A stretch of 64,000 nucleotides of DNA from the human T2T-CHM13v2.0 reference genome, Homo sapiens: assembly GCF_009914755.1 (NCBI RefSeq), contig NC_060937.1. The stretch is one strand, 5' to 3'. A program made the position numbers and the translations under genes. Of this stretch, positions 25,381 through 37,185 are shown piece by piece (within the stretch, counting starts at the first letter, position 1; each line of letters starts with the position of its first letter). The notes under the pieces are model-generated. The model did no database searches. It saw only the letters and a program-made list of their open reading frames with translations, and was not told where the DNA came from.

Positions 25381-25619
25381 AGTTGGCTACTACCTTCAGG
25401 CCTAGGTTCACAGCTAAAAATAGTCACATAAACTGGGGTTGCTATATTGCTTTTTTTACTCTGCATGATTCTTTTAAAACTTTGTACCTGTTGCCTGTCA
25501 AATTTCTACAGAATCACACCTCCTAACAGAATAATGCTGATCTGGCCCTTCAAAGGAACACTTTCCACATCTATAAAATGGACAAAATTGAATTTAACAA
25601 TGAACTCCAGGAAAACTTA
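25381..25619 (+). pseudogene. Retroviral env TM anchor and cytoplasmic tail remnant
   Basis: Frame reads SWLLPSGLGSQLKIVT*TGVAILLFLLCMILLKLCTCCLSNFYRITPPNRIMLIW; lies just upstream of the PPT and 3' LTR. Confidence 0.55.
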
Positions 25620-25828
25620 GCCTGAGAGCCACTCTCTTCAAACCCTCTTGTTGCTACAGTGTAGCTAAGAGGGTTTTTACCGCTGACTCCTAGTTGTCAA
25701 TCTGTTCCCCATGACATGGAACAAGACCAATCAGGATAGGTCCATCCCAGCATTAAGAGACAATCAAAATCTAACTACAGAATTATCAGTAATGCTTTTA
25801 GAGAAAGACCTTTATCAGAAGGGACAAA

Positions 25829-26953
25829 TGCAACAGTTGTCAACTGAAAATGAAGTCACTTATGCCAAACTCTAACAAAATGGAGTTGGGAGGCTAGAAT
25901 GGAAGGCTCTCACACACACACATACCTATGATAAAAACTACTACAAGGACTCTTCAAAACCATGACCATGTATGAAGGCCATGACAAGCTTTCACAAGGA
26001 ATACTTCTGCCAGGACGTCTGCCCAGCAACTGCCTTTTCAACCTTGGACTGACACCAGTCTTGTCATTGATTCTTGTAGCCAAGGATAATGAGTTCAAAA
26101 TAACTTATGTAACCCTCCACATTTTGTCTTTAAAAATCCTTGCCTTCCTGTGTCTCCCTGGGTATGCCTGTGGCCTTCCATGGGATGCCATGTCATCAAT
26201 ATTTCCAGATGGTAATCCATAATTTATTCCCATATACATTTATTTGTTTTTTTATAATTTAAAAAATATTTTCTGTATACACACTTTTTTATTTTGAAAT
26301 ACTTTCAAACCTACAGAAAAAGTTGTAAGTACAAAGAACTTTTGCATGCCCTTCACACAGGTTCTTCAATTGTTAAATTTTACTGCATTTTCCCTATTTC
26401 TGTTTTACTTTTTCTTTAGAGAGGTATGTGTTGACCCATCACCTTTAAATACTGCAGTGTATAACTCCTTTTCACCTAAAACAAGGGTACCTTCTTATGT
26501 TACTACCATGTACTCCTCTGGTCAGAAAATAAACACTGATACAGTACAACCATTCCATTCTCAGACACCATTCACATTTTGCCATCTGTCTTAATAGTAG
26601 CTCCTTTTCCTTTCTAGTCTAGAATCCTATCACAAGCACACATTGCTTTTATTTATCATGTCTCACCAGTTTCCTTCAGTGTAGAAAAGTTCTTTAGTGT
26701 TTTCCTGACTCTTATATGCTTGACAGTCTAAAGAATACATAACTTTTATCCCCTAAGACTACCCTAAACATGGTCTATCCATTGTTTTCTTAGGACCAGA
26801 CCTAAGCCATGTGTCCATGGCAAGAATGCTAGAGAATTATTCTGTGCTCTTCTTCATGCATCACATTTACAGTCACACCATGTCGACCTATCCCAAAGTG
26901 ATTAAACTCATTTATTTTGAGAGCCACTCTCTCTGTTATTTTAGGTTGGTACA
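25829..26953 (+). mobile_element. MER65-like LTR interrupted by an L1 fragment
   Basis: AGTTGTCAACTGAAAATGAAGTCAC...CTGCCCAGCAACTGCC...GTAGCCAAGGATAAT; terminus GAGAGCC...GTTATTTTAGGTTGGTACA at 26919-26953. Confidence 0.65.
26245..26890 (-). mobile_element. L1MC-type 3' end
   Basis: TTTTATTTTGAAATACTTTCAAACCTACAGAAAAGTTG...CTTTAAATACTGCAGTGTAT...AACACTGATACAGTAC. Confidence 0.6.
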
Positions 26954-27360
26954 ATATTTCCACCAAAAAGTCCCAATATTTCAGGGCCCCATGTATGTAT
27001 TTGGTTGTCAGATAATTGGTTCTCCTTATGAATTTTAAATGTGAAAATATTAAATTTTTCCAAGTGTTCTCAAAATAGAAGAATTGGTAAAATTCTTTTT
27101 ATGCAATGTAATTGTCCCCACAAATGGTCATATGCACAGTAAACGTTTTGATAAGGGCTTGTTACCTTACTTGCTTCAAAATAGCATTAGAGCCGGTTGT
27201 CAAATGAATCAATCAGAATATGAAGACTGACAGTGAAATCAACAAGACCAAGAGAAAGGCCCCAAATTGCTGAACACAGCTTGACTAAATTAAATTGCTT
27301 TTAAGAGAGTATTTAAAAATAGATTTGCAATACCTGTTATAATATACATGGTTTTAAGAG

Positions 27361-29113
27361 CTTCTCTTTATAAATTACCCAGTCTCAGATATGTCTTTAT
27401 CAGCAGTTTGGAAACAGACTAATACAGCAAATTGGTACTGGTAGAGTGGGGCACTGCTGTAAAGATATCCAAAAATGTGGAAGCAACTTTGGAACTGGGT
27501 AACAGGCAGAGGTTGGAATAGTTTGGAGGACTCAGAGGTAGACAGGAAAATGTGGGAAAGTCTGGAACTTCCTAGAGACTTGTTGAATGGCATTGGCCAA
27601 AATGCTGATAATGATATGGACAATGAAATCCAGGCTTAGGCGGTCTCAGATGGAGATGAGGAATTTGTTGAGAACTGGAGTAAAGGTGACTTTTGCTGTT
27701 TTAGCAAAGACATTGGCAGCATTTTGCCCCTGCCCTAGAGATTTGTGCAATTTTGAACTTGAGGGAGATGATTTAGGGTATCTGGTGGAAGAGATTTCTC
27801 AGCAGCAAAGCATTCAATAAGTGACTTGGGTGCTGTTAAAAGCATTCAGTTTTAAAAGGGAAACAGCATAAAAGTTTGAAAAAGTTGCAGCCTGAAGAAG
27901 CAATACAAAAGAAATACCCATTTTCTGAGAAACTCAAGCAGGCTGAAGAAATTTGCATAGGTAATGAGAAGCCAGATGTTAATTGCCAAGACAGTAGGGA
28001 AAATGTCTCCAGGGCTTGTTGGAGGTCTCCATGGCAGCCCCTCCCATCACAGGCCTGGAGGCTTAGGAGATATAAATGGTTTCGTGGGCCAGGACCAGGG
28101 CTCCCATACTGTGTGCAGCCTAGGGACTTGGTGCCCTGTGTCCCAGTCACTCCAGCCATGGCTAAAAGGGACAAAGGTACAGATTGTGTGATGGCTTCAG
28201 AGGGTGCAAGCCCCAAGCCATGGCAACTTTCACTTAGTGTTGAGCCTGCAGGTGTACAGAAGTTAAGAACTGAGGTTTGGGAATCTCTGCCTAGATTTCG
28301 GAGGATCTATGGAAATTCTTGGATGTCTAGGCAGAAGTTTGATGCAGGGCCGGGGTCCTCATGGTAAACCTCTGCTAGGGCAGTGCTGAAGGGAAATGTG
28401 GGGTTGAAGCCCCCACACAGAGTCCCCACTGGGGCACTGCCTATTGGAGCTCTGAGAAGAGAGCTGCCATCCTGCAAACCCCAGAATGGTAAATCCACCA
28501 ACAGCTTGCACCATGCACCTGGAAAAGCCACAGGCACTCAATGCCATCCCATAAAAGCAGCCAAGAGGGAGGCTGTACCTTGCAAAGCCACAGGGGCAGA
28601 GCTGCATAAGAACATGGGAACCCACCTCTTGCCTCAGCATGACCTGGATATGAGACATGGAGTCAAAGGAGATCATTTTGAAGCTTTAAGATATGACTGT
28701 CCTGCTGGATTTCAGACTTGCAGGGGATCTTTAGTCCCTTTGTTTTGGCTCATTTCTCCCATTTGGAATGGGTATATTTATCCAATGCCTGTATCCCCAC
28801 TGTATCTAGGAAGTAAGTAGCTTGCTTTTGATTTTACAGGCTCATAGGCAGAAGGGACTTGCCCTGTCACAGATGAGACTTTTGACTGTGGACTTCTGAG
28901 TTAATGCTGAAATGAGTTAAGACTTTGGGGGACTCTTGGGAAGGCGTGATTGGTTTTGAAATGTGAGAACATGAGATTTGGGAGGTGCCAGGGGCAGAAT
29001 GATTTGGTTTGGCTGTGTCCCCACCCAAATCTCATCTTGAATTATAGCTCCCATAATTCCCATGTGTTGTAGAATGGACCTGGCAGGAGATAATTGAATC
29101 AGGGGGCGGTTTC
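27361..29113 (+). mobile_element. THE1B-like MaLR provirus with both LTRs truncated
   Basis: 5' LTR tail 27361-27426 ending GACTAATACA, internal region 27427-28999 with MaLR ORF remnants, 3' LTR head 29000-29113. Confidence 0.9.
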
Positions 29114-29212
29114 TTCAAATTTCTAACCTCTATAACTACAAAAAAAAAAAAAAGACTTTAAGTCACTCAGTTTGCGATACTTTGTTTTTGAAAGTCTGAG
29201 GAAATTAATACA
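29114..29212 (+). mobile_element. MLT1-type LTR 3' end
   Basis: TTCTAACCTCTATAACT...TTTAAGTCACTCAGTTTGCGATACTTTGTT...GGAAATTAATACA. Confidence 0.65.
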
Positions 29213-29384
29213 GATATTATGTTACAGTGCTAATGCCAGGCAGGTCTTTAAGATTAATTCCTTATTGTGGGTATCTGCCTTTCTAGACAAACCCCTTTAA
29301 TCAAAATCACTGTGATGTAATCAAAATAAATCAAATGGACAATGATGCACACTACCCATGGCAATGAAAACATTAAGCAACTTC

Positions 29385-29575
29385 ATTAGTAATATCTATG
29401 GCGTCTGTGCCAGACACTGTGCTAATCAAACCTGTGAGGGTTCTATAATTATTTCTTTTTCACAAATGAGGAAGCTGAGACTTAAAGATGTTAAAAATCT
29501 TGCCTGGAGCCAAACAGCTAGGAAAAGGGGCAGTGGAGAAACAGCATTCAAGAATCAGTCTGATCCATGAGATAG
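29385..29575 (-). mobile_element. MIR
   Basis: TGTGCCAGACACTGTGCTAA...TTTTCACAAATGAGGAAGCTGAGACTTAAAGATGTTAA. Confidence 0.7.
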
Positions 29576-29578
29576 ATT

Positions 29579-30120
29579 TGTACTGGTTAATTTCACATGT
29601 CAACTCAGCTGAGCTAAGGGATGCCCAGATAGCTGGTAAAGCATTATGTCTGGGTGTGCTTGTGAGAGTGTTTTCAGAAGAGATTGACACATGAATTGGT
29701 AGACTGTGGGTGGGTATCACCCAATCTGTTGAGGGATGGAATGGGACAAAATGGTGGAGAAAGGGCAAATCTGCTTTTTCTTTTTGAGCTGGGTTATTCA
29801 CCTTCTCTTGTCCTTGAACATTGGAGCTCCTGGTTCTTGAGCTTTTGGACTTTGAGACTTACACTATCAGACTTTCTCAATTATCAGGTCTTTGGCCTTG
29901 AGCTGAGAGTAATACCATTGTCTCCTGTGATTCTTTATCATTTGGACTTAGACTAAATTACACCCCCAGCTTTCCTGGTTCTCCAGCTGGCAAAACAGCA
30001 CACTGTGGGACGTCGTGGCTCCCTAATTGTATAAGTCAATTCCCATAATAAATCCCCTTTTATTATGTGTTTGTGTATATCCCATTGGTTCTATCTCTTT
30101 CGAGAATCCTGACTAATTCA
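29579..30120 (+). mobile_element. MLT2 (ERV-L) solo LTR
   Basis: TGGTTAATTTCACATGTCAACT...GCTAAGGGATGCCCAGATAGCTGGTAAA...CCATTGGTTCT...CCTGACTAATTCA. Confidence 0.85.
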
Positions 30121-33100
30121 GTCTCTATCTATGATGGCTTCAGAATTATAGTCTTGACATGTGAAAAAGAAAGTATATAATCTTTCTCTTTTCTGATTCT
30201 TTGCTTCCTGTCCTCTTACCCTGTGGGCCAATTGCAGTGAATCAGAAGGGAGAGGGAAGGGAAGGAAAAGCAGTAGTAAAATCACTTTCCTTCTCTGATA
30301 TGGAATGAATGAGAAGAAACCATCTCCAAAAGAACTGGAAGATTATTCCATGTTATTGCAACTTAACTAAGATCTTCAGGTGACGCACACAAGTGTTTGA
30401 CACATGAAACATTTTGTTAGTTTCAAAACTGTATACTTTTAACCTTTCAGGAAATGTGTTTTCATATAGGAGTGGTGAGGAGCAATAGTAATGATGTGGA
30501 AGAGTTATCTAGTCTTAAAAGGGTAATTGGGGAAAATAGTACTGGTAGTAATTGCTGAGAATGAGCAAGAGGTTCCAAAATTCTGTTTCGCAATTTTCTC
30601 ACTCATGTGCCATGTGGCTTTCACAAAGCATTGAACAATGGAACAGATGTCCTCTCTGTGCTTTTCCACACCCAGGAGATGGCGGTGTGGAGATGGGCCC
30701 CAGCTCTGGAGAACAGATATCACTTTGCCTTTGGTTTCACCTACTTCCATGGGAAAATAATTCATTTGAAACAGACTAATACAATAATTCCCTTAATTAG
30801 AAAATATTTCACAAGACAATTCTGGGAAAAGAAATCTTTCCATTAGATTTTGAAGGGGGGTTTATAGAGTCTTGTAAATATCATGGTTTCACTTTGAGGC
30901 ACAATCTCTTAATGGCAAAATCTATAATCACTGGACTGTATTTTAGGCTCCTGTATTTAATGGTTCCTTTCATTGTGGCTCAAATTCATTTTATTGACTT
31001 AATTTGGCATCTCCATAAGATGATATAATATACTAATACTTTGTTGTGACAGTAGCTAATGGTAACCTATAAAGCTTTATATTATTTGAAATCATACACC
31101 AACATGATGGAAAAACAATAATATGTAGACAGATTCAATAATTGAGCTGTATAAACTATTAAAATAATTGATATCCTGTAGTATTATAAAACCAGAGAAT
31201 TCCAGATCTGGAAAATACTTTTAAGACCATCTGGTAGTCCTTACACCTAAATATCTAAAACTTCCACTTGAAAATAAGGTTACTTGTCTAGGGTCATAAT
31301 GGACGTTTTAATCTCTGCAACATTAGTAAGATAGTAAGACAGATTTCTTTTAACAACTGGCAAATGGAAAAAAGATCAAACATTACAAATCAGTTTTGAT
31401 GTAATTATCAGGTGGTTAGGAATCCCATAGCCTAGGTTCAAATCTTTCTCCACCACTTTGGTCAACTTATTTAGCTGTGCCATGCCTCAATTTCGCTTCT
31501 GGATTTATAATAAAAAATCTGGAAACTAGTACAAATCTTGTTTGATTTTTAATCTACCCTGTCTTCTGAACTGGCTTGTTTGACAACACATTTATATGTC
31601 AAAAGAGGGCATTTTCGAATATGTAAGAAATAAAGGGCACATTTCCACTGGCGATGTGGCGATTCCCTAGATGAAATGTGCAGTCCACAGTTGCTATCTT
31701 GTAGCATTTCAATAACACACTACTTTTTATTGTAGCAATAGATGTTTTAAATTATCAGACCATATTTATTAAATCCAATTTATTAAATGATAGATTGTCC
31801 TTTTAGTTATATCGTTTTGAACATTTAAAAATATTTTTCATTTCACACAGTTATGAGTAATATGTAATTGAAAGAGTAAGGTAATTCTTTTACCCTTCTT
31901 TTCTTTTTTCTCCTTCTCCTGCCCTTTTTCTCCAACAATTTGCCAAATACCTTCTCCCCATTTTAACAACTAAATAATTGTTCCCAGAAGTCACTGCATT
32001 GAAGCCTGAATCATGATCCTTTGATGTGCCTCTCCCATGGTAAAATCAAATAATTCCCATAATTACATTTGGTAATTTTAGAATAATTATTTTTGTTAAG
32101 ATTTTCTGTACTAAAAACAAAAAAAATTCTAGGTCAACAAGCCATCGTGTGCCAAAGTAGCATTGTGATAGAAGTAGGGAAGGAATGAGAATGTGTTAAA
32201 TTACTTTTGGTTCTGGATACTGGGAGCCTTACTTCACTTCCCTAAATGCACAGTCTAAGTCACCTAAGTTGAAAACGATGACTTTTTATGTGTATGAAGT
32301 AACTCATTTTACAAACTGTGTCAAATTGAAGTGAATAATCTAAGTGGTCATGCCCAAGTTTAGAAAACAATGTTAGGGAGAAGCTGTAATATACACTTGA
32401 AATACCTTATGAAAGTGTATGAAAATCCACTTGAGCTCGAGTTAGTAGCAGGGATTTTCTGTGGTATTGTGAGACACTTTCCTAATGGAACTTCCAGGTG
32501 TTTAGGATTGTATTTTTAAATTATGTGACTACCCTATGAAAGTAAAAGCTTACAATTAAGTATCATATTTGCAAATATCACTCAATAATGTTTAGGCCAT
32601 TTAAATGTTACTAGATTTGTCTTTTGTCTTTCAGTTGGTGGTTATAGGTGAGGTCTCCTGCAGTTCCTTGCAGGAAAGCATTTTAAAGCAGGATACGTCT
32701 TGTTCAACAAATTTTAAATGCAGTCCTGTCTGAAGGCAGGCTGATGAAGCAGATGATGTTCTCTGGTTCCTGGCAGCCTGTGGAATAGAGGATGATGTTG
32801 ACATTGCAGTTAGAGTCAATCTTTTTTGGCAGGAGCTGAAACAAATCACTGGCCAGATGGCCAAATTGGACCGAGGCAAAACATTTATTAGCATCCAATT
32901 TGATCATTCATGTGACTGGATAGTACTGCACACCCTATAATCATTCCTACTTGGTCTTCAGTGAATCAAACTGAAGGATATTTTTTCCTGACCCATTTTA
33001 TTTCACACCTAATAGCTAGATGTCCTTGTAATGCATATGACCTAGTTAGTTAGATGTAGGCTCTTTTTCTGGAGCAAGAGAAGAGGAAACTAGAACCTTT

Positions 33101-33249
33101 TCTTGCTTTCTTTCTTTTTTAGTTGAAAGGCCAAGCTTGGAGAAGCAAATAGCTGTCAGCTTTGAGTAATACAAATCATTTTTATGTATGGTTCCTTAGC
33201 AGTCTCTAGAGAAGTTTATATTGATGAGATTAAAATTCAAGTATGTACT

Positions 33250-33600
33250 CTTTGTCCAGCATCTTAACTTCTAGGAATTCATCCAAAGGGTGAATTATGT
33301 ATGTGCACAGAGATTTAACCACAAACATGTTCATGGTAGTATTATTATTAATAGAGGAAAAGTAAATGTCTATTTAATTCACTTATTTAAGAATACACGT
33401 TGAGCTAGTGCTTTGAGTCACATATTATTCTATTTGCTAATCAATGTTAGATTGAAACAAATGTTAATGATAACTCATGGAGTGAAATACTATACAGGCA
33501 TTAGCAGTGCTGTATAAGAATAGTCAATGACATGGCAAGATGCTGATGACATATTAGTGAAAACTTAGGCAATAAAAAATGACATACCTTTTGATGTTTA
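33250..33600 (+). mobile_element. L1ME 3' fragment
   Basis: ACTTCTAGGAATTCATCC...ATGTTCATGGTAGTATTATT. Confidence 0.45.
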
Positions 33601-35118
33601 CTTTGTAAGTGTTCTATAATGAAGTCATAGGAGTATTCTAATAGTAGAAACAAAATAATAGACCGTATTTCCAAACAACACACAGAAAGCCTCTCAAGCT
33701 GTTAACCTCGCACTTAATATAAACATGGTGATGGATTTTCTAAGGGAAAGGATTGATTCAACAAGTATTTATTGAGCTTCTACTATTTGCTGCTTTTTAC
33801 AGAATGCCAGCACACAATTGTGATGCTTTCCAGGAATATTGGGTATGACCAATCGCACAGGGATAGGAGTGGCTTAAAGACTGCTATAGAGTCTCTGTAT
33901 TCCTACACAGATATTAACATATTCTGTAGTCTCTAAGGCAAAGAGTTGTGTATTACCCCACTCCATTTCACAAAAAATTGGTCTATCTTGGGTATCATGT
34001 GATAATTTTGCCACATCTTTTCTGCCTTCCTTCACTGTATTCAAACTTGATTTCATGGTTGTAAACATTTTGGTGGTGTGGATTTTTTCCAGACTGTGTT
34101 TTTTTCAAGGTTTCAGACATTGCTAGCTTTGATTCCTGTGAGGTAACTCCAACAGCCCCCTGAGTGACACTAGTAGTACTGTATGCTGATAGTTAAAAGG
34201 AGCTAGTGATGGGGGAGTGAAAATTTTAAAAGTCCAAGCAATATAGGCTTTGAGGGGTTGGCCATCAAAAGTCAGTAACAAATATCTGGATTATTCAGTC
34301 TATGTCTGGGTATCACAGATGAAAAACGAAGGTCTAAGCTGAAGCTGGCCAGAGCATGACTTTGGAGCTATGGGCAATAATGATGATCAAGATCATCTGC
34401 ATCTTGGAAATGTACCAGAAACATGGCTTCTTAAAGAACAAGGGCCGATAGAAGAAGCAAGACGATAGTCATGGAAGAGGATAATTTTACCATCTCCAAA
34501 TATGGATATTATGAATCACCAAGGAAATTATATTTAATTAACAATTTAATTTAGCTAGCTCCTCTAATATTTTCTGGGGTGCTATTTCCATGTAATCAAT
34601 CTGCCTACATAAAAGGTAAAGACAAAAAATCCTTCACTAGAAACTAGTTGAAGGAGAAATGCTTCTCTGAATTCCATGTTGTCCATTTTAGTATATGTGG
34701 CATTAGATTTTCCTTGAGCCTCCCTATAATTTCATAGAAAAAGTATCGACCTCAAGAGTGCCAAGGAAGTTAAAATGAATTTCTTCTTATGGAATGAAGC
34801 AAACTCTTTCTGATTTTGTTACTCTTATCTGTATTAGTGAGCTTAGGGTTTGGCTTCTCTTGGCATTCTAAACTACTGAGCAATTGCCTCAAGTTCTACC
34901 TGCCTGCAGCGATAAAGCTGACAAATGTGTTTGAGACTTCGGAGTAAAACAAACAGAAGCAAATAAAAGCCAATATTCAAATACATGCAATGTAATTAGA
35001 TTAATCTATAGCTGAGTTTGTGAAGGAAAACTAATTATGAATCAGATGTATAGTTTTCAGGGAATTTTAATGTAAACTACACTGTATATACCTGTTATAA
35101 TAAATTGCAATAAAGAGT

Positions 35119-35171
35119 ACACACACACACCTACCCACCTACCCACCCACACCCACCCACCCATACACACA
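35119..35171. repeat. (CA)n/(CACC)n compound repeat
   Basis: Seen directly. Confidence 0.9.
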
Positions 35172-36302
35172 GACCTAGCAATTGAGGCCTACTGGGAACT
35201 ACTTTAGATTTAAATTTGCGTCCACTTTTGGGAGGCTGGATGGTATTAAATAATTAAGATCTGCATGCCAGGGCTCTATAGTTGGTTTTCAGAGTTTATT
35301 GTCTGCAATTAGAGTAACCATTAGGAAGATTTTGTTTGTACATAGGCAAAGTGAGGTATAAAGTTGAACAATGATTGATGAATTTGATCAATTTAGACAG
35401 TCAACTGGAATAATTTAGGCAGAAACAGCTTTAGTAATGTTTTTCAAGAGTTTTAATTTTCTGAATAATTGTTTTAACTGTCTTCAGATAGTGCCTGTAT
35501 AGGTATTGCTTCAAGTTACATACAATTTAGAAAATGTTTTAATTCTTATGCAGATTTTACTTTTCTTACAAAATTGGTAGGCATTTAAAATCAATACTTT
35601 TTTAAATGTAAAAAAGTAAATTTATTATCTAAATCATACTGAACTGGCATACTTATTTATGTTTTCAAGCCCAATACAAGAAACAGTTTTTATAATTTTT
35701 TTCATGCTTCAAAACTTACAAGGGCAAAAGAAAGAAAAGTCACTTGACTTCAATACTCGGGGCACTCTGTATTAAATCCACCTTTTTTTTTTTTTTTTGG
35801 CCAGGCTCTGACTTTCCAAAAGTTCTAATTATTTAGTTTCTACCTTGATGCCAATAATATGCCACTTCAAGCTAAGTTTTCCATTTTTTGTTTCCTTAAA
35901 ATGGAGTTTCTGGCTTTCATCTCTCTGAGGTTGAGGATTTGAATGTGTTCTTATTGGGCTGGTATTCCTAGAAACAGTCTCATGACTTGTTTTCATTCTT
36001 TGTGATGCCCTCAGCCTTCCCAGCTCTGTGGAGATAGTTTGCACTTAGATCTTGCCATCATGCAGTATCTGCTGACCTCTCAGGACACCTCCCCCTTTAG
36101 GTTGGCCTCCCTGACACCAGCCTTTATCTGACACCTGTCCTCAAAGCTTTGACTGGGCCACTCCTCTTGCCCAGAAAAGTTCTTTCCTACTCACCAATCC
36201 CAGTATTGCAGAGTTATTTTCTGGTTTTATCTGCTTGCAGCCTGTTCTGTATTGTCATGTGGGGAATGTGTATATTCTACTCTCCTGATACCATTCAAGT
36301 TC

Positions 36303-36574
36303 CTTATTTTAGCTTTTATTTTTGGTTTGGGGGTACATGTGAAGGTTTGTTACATAGGTAAACATGTGTCATGGGGGTTTGTTGTACAGATTATATTATC
36401 ACCCTGGTATTAAGCCGAGTACCCTAGAGTTATCTTTCCTGCTTCTCTCCCTCCTCCCACTTTCTCCACTCAGGTAGACCCCAGTGTCTATTGCTTTCTT
36501 CTCTATGGTCGTAAGTTGTTGTTATTTATCTCCCACTTATAAGTGAGAACATGCAGTATTTGGTTTTCTGTTCC
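36303..36574 (-). mobile_element. Old L1PA (about L1PA13-16) 3' end
   Basis: GGGGGTACATGTGAAGGTTTGTTACATAGGTAAAC...CTCCCACTTATAAGTGAGAACATGCAGTATTTGGTTTTCTGTTCCT. Confidence 0.85.
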
Positions 36575-36756
36575 TAATAAAACAACCAAAAATGACATAA
36601 TTTGATCAATTCTTGTAAGACACACACACACATTATATAAGTTACCTAGTATCAAGCAGGATTTTGATGGAATACAGCTTACAACTGGTAGGTCTTGGTG
36701 AGAAGAAAGAGCTAAAGAAAGCCCCCTAAAGAATGTAGGTCTTCCCTAGACCTAGA

Positions 36757-37185
36757 TGTATCCATTTTCTAAGGCCTCAATAATGCTGCATAACGAACAA
36801 CCACAGCACTTCAGTGGGAATCAACTACAGATACTTAGTTTTGCTCGGTAGATACTTAGTTTTTGCTTTCATGCATCATAGGTGGTTGGATGGCTTTGCT
36901 GATCTTGTCTGCCCTCTTTCCCATGTTTGAACCTATGTTAGCAGGAAGGAGACATGTGTCTATTCCCTGTATCTTCTTCTTCAGCAGGGTAGTCTGGGCA
37001 TGATCTCAAGGTGAAGGCAGTGGTGCAAAAGAGAGAAACCAAGATGTGTAAGTTTTTGCTTGTATCAAGTTGGCTGATGTTCCATTGGTCAAAGCAAGTC
37101 TCACAGCTAAGTCCAGAGGCAATGTGGACGATCCCTGCAGTGGGAGACATGCAACCTTGGGGCCATGAGTACAGTTAGTACACAC
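36757..37185 (-). mobile_element. MLT1 (I/J-like) LTR
   Basis: AATAATGCTGCATAACGAACAACCAC...CCATTGGTCAAAGCAAGTC. Confidence 0.6.

Larger units (their letters stand above)
23235..25828 (+). mobile_element. ERV1 MER4-group internal region (MER65-int-like), degenerate
   Basis: AT-rich MER4-group internal motifs, env-like remnant and polypurine tract CAGAAGGGACAAA abutting the LTR at 25829; left boundary uncertain. Confidence 0.55.

Noticed and set aside
27876-28820. 163-aa and 145-aa ORFs
   Set aside because: Broken remnants of the MaLR internal ORF, not a host gene
29140-29153. A14 run as the poly(A) tail of a retrocopied THE1 transcript
   Set aside because: MLT1-like sequence continues on both sides of the run and no TSD is evident
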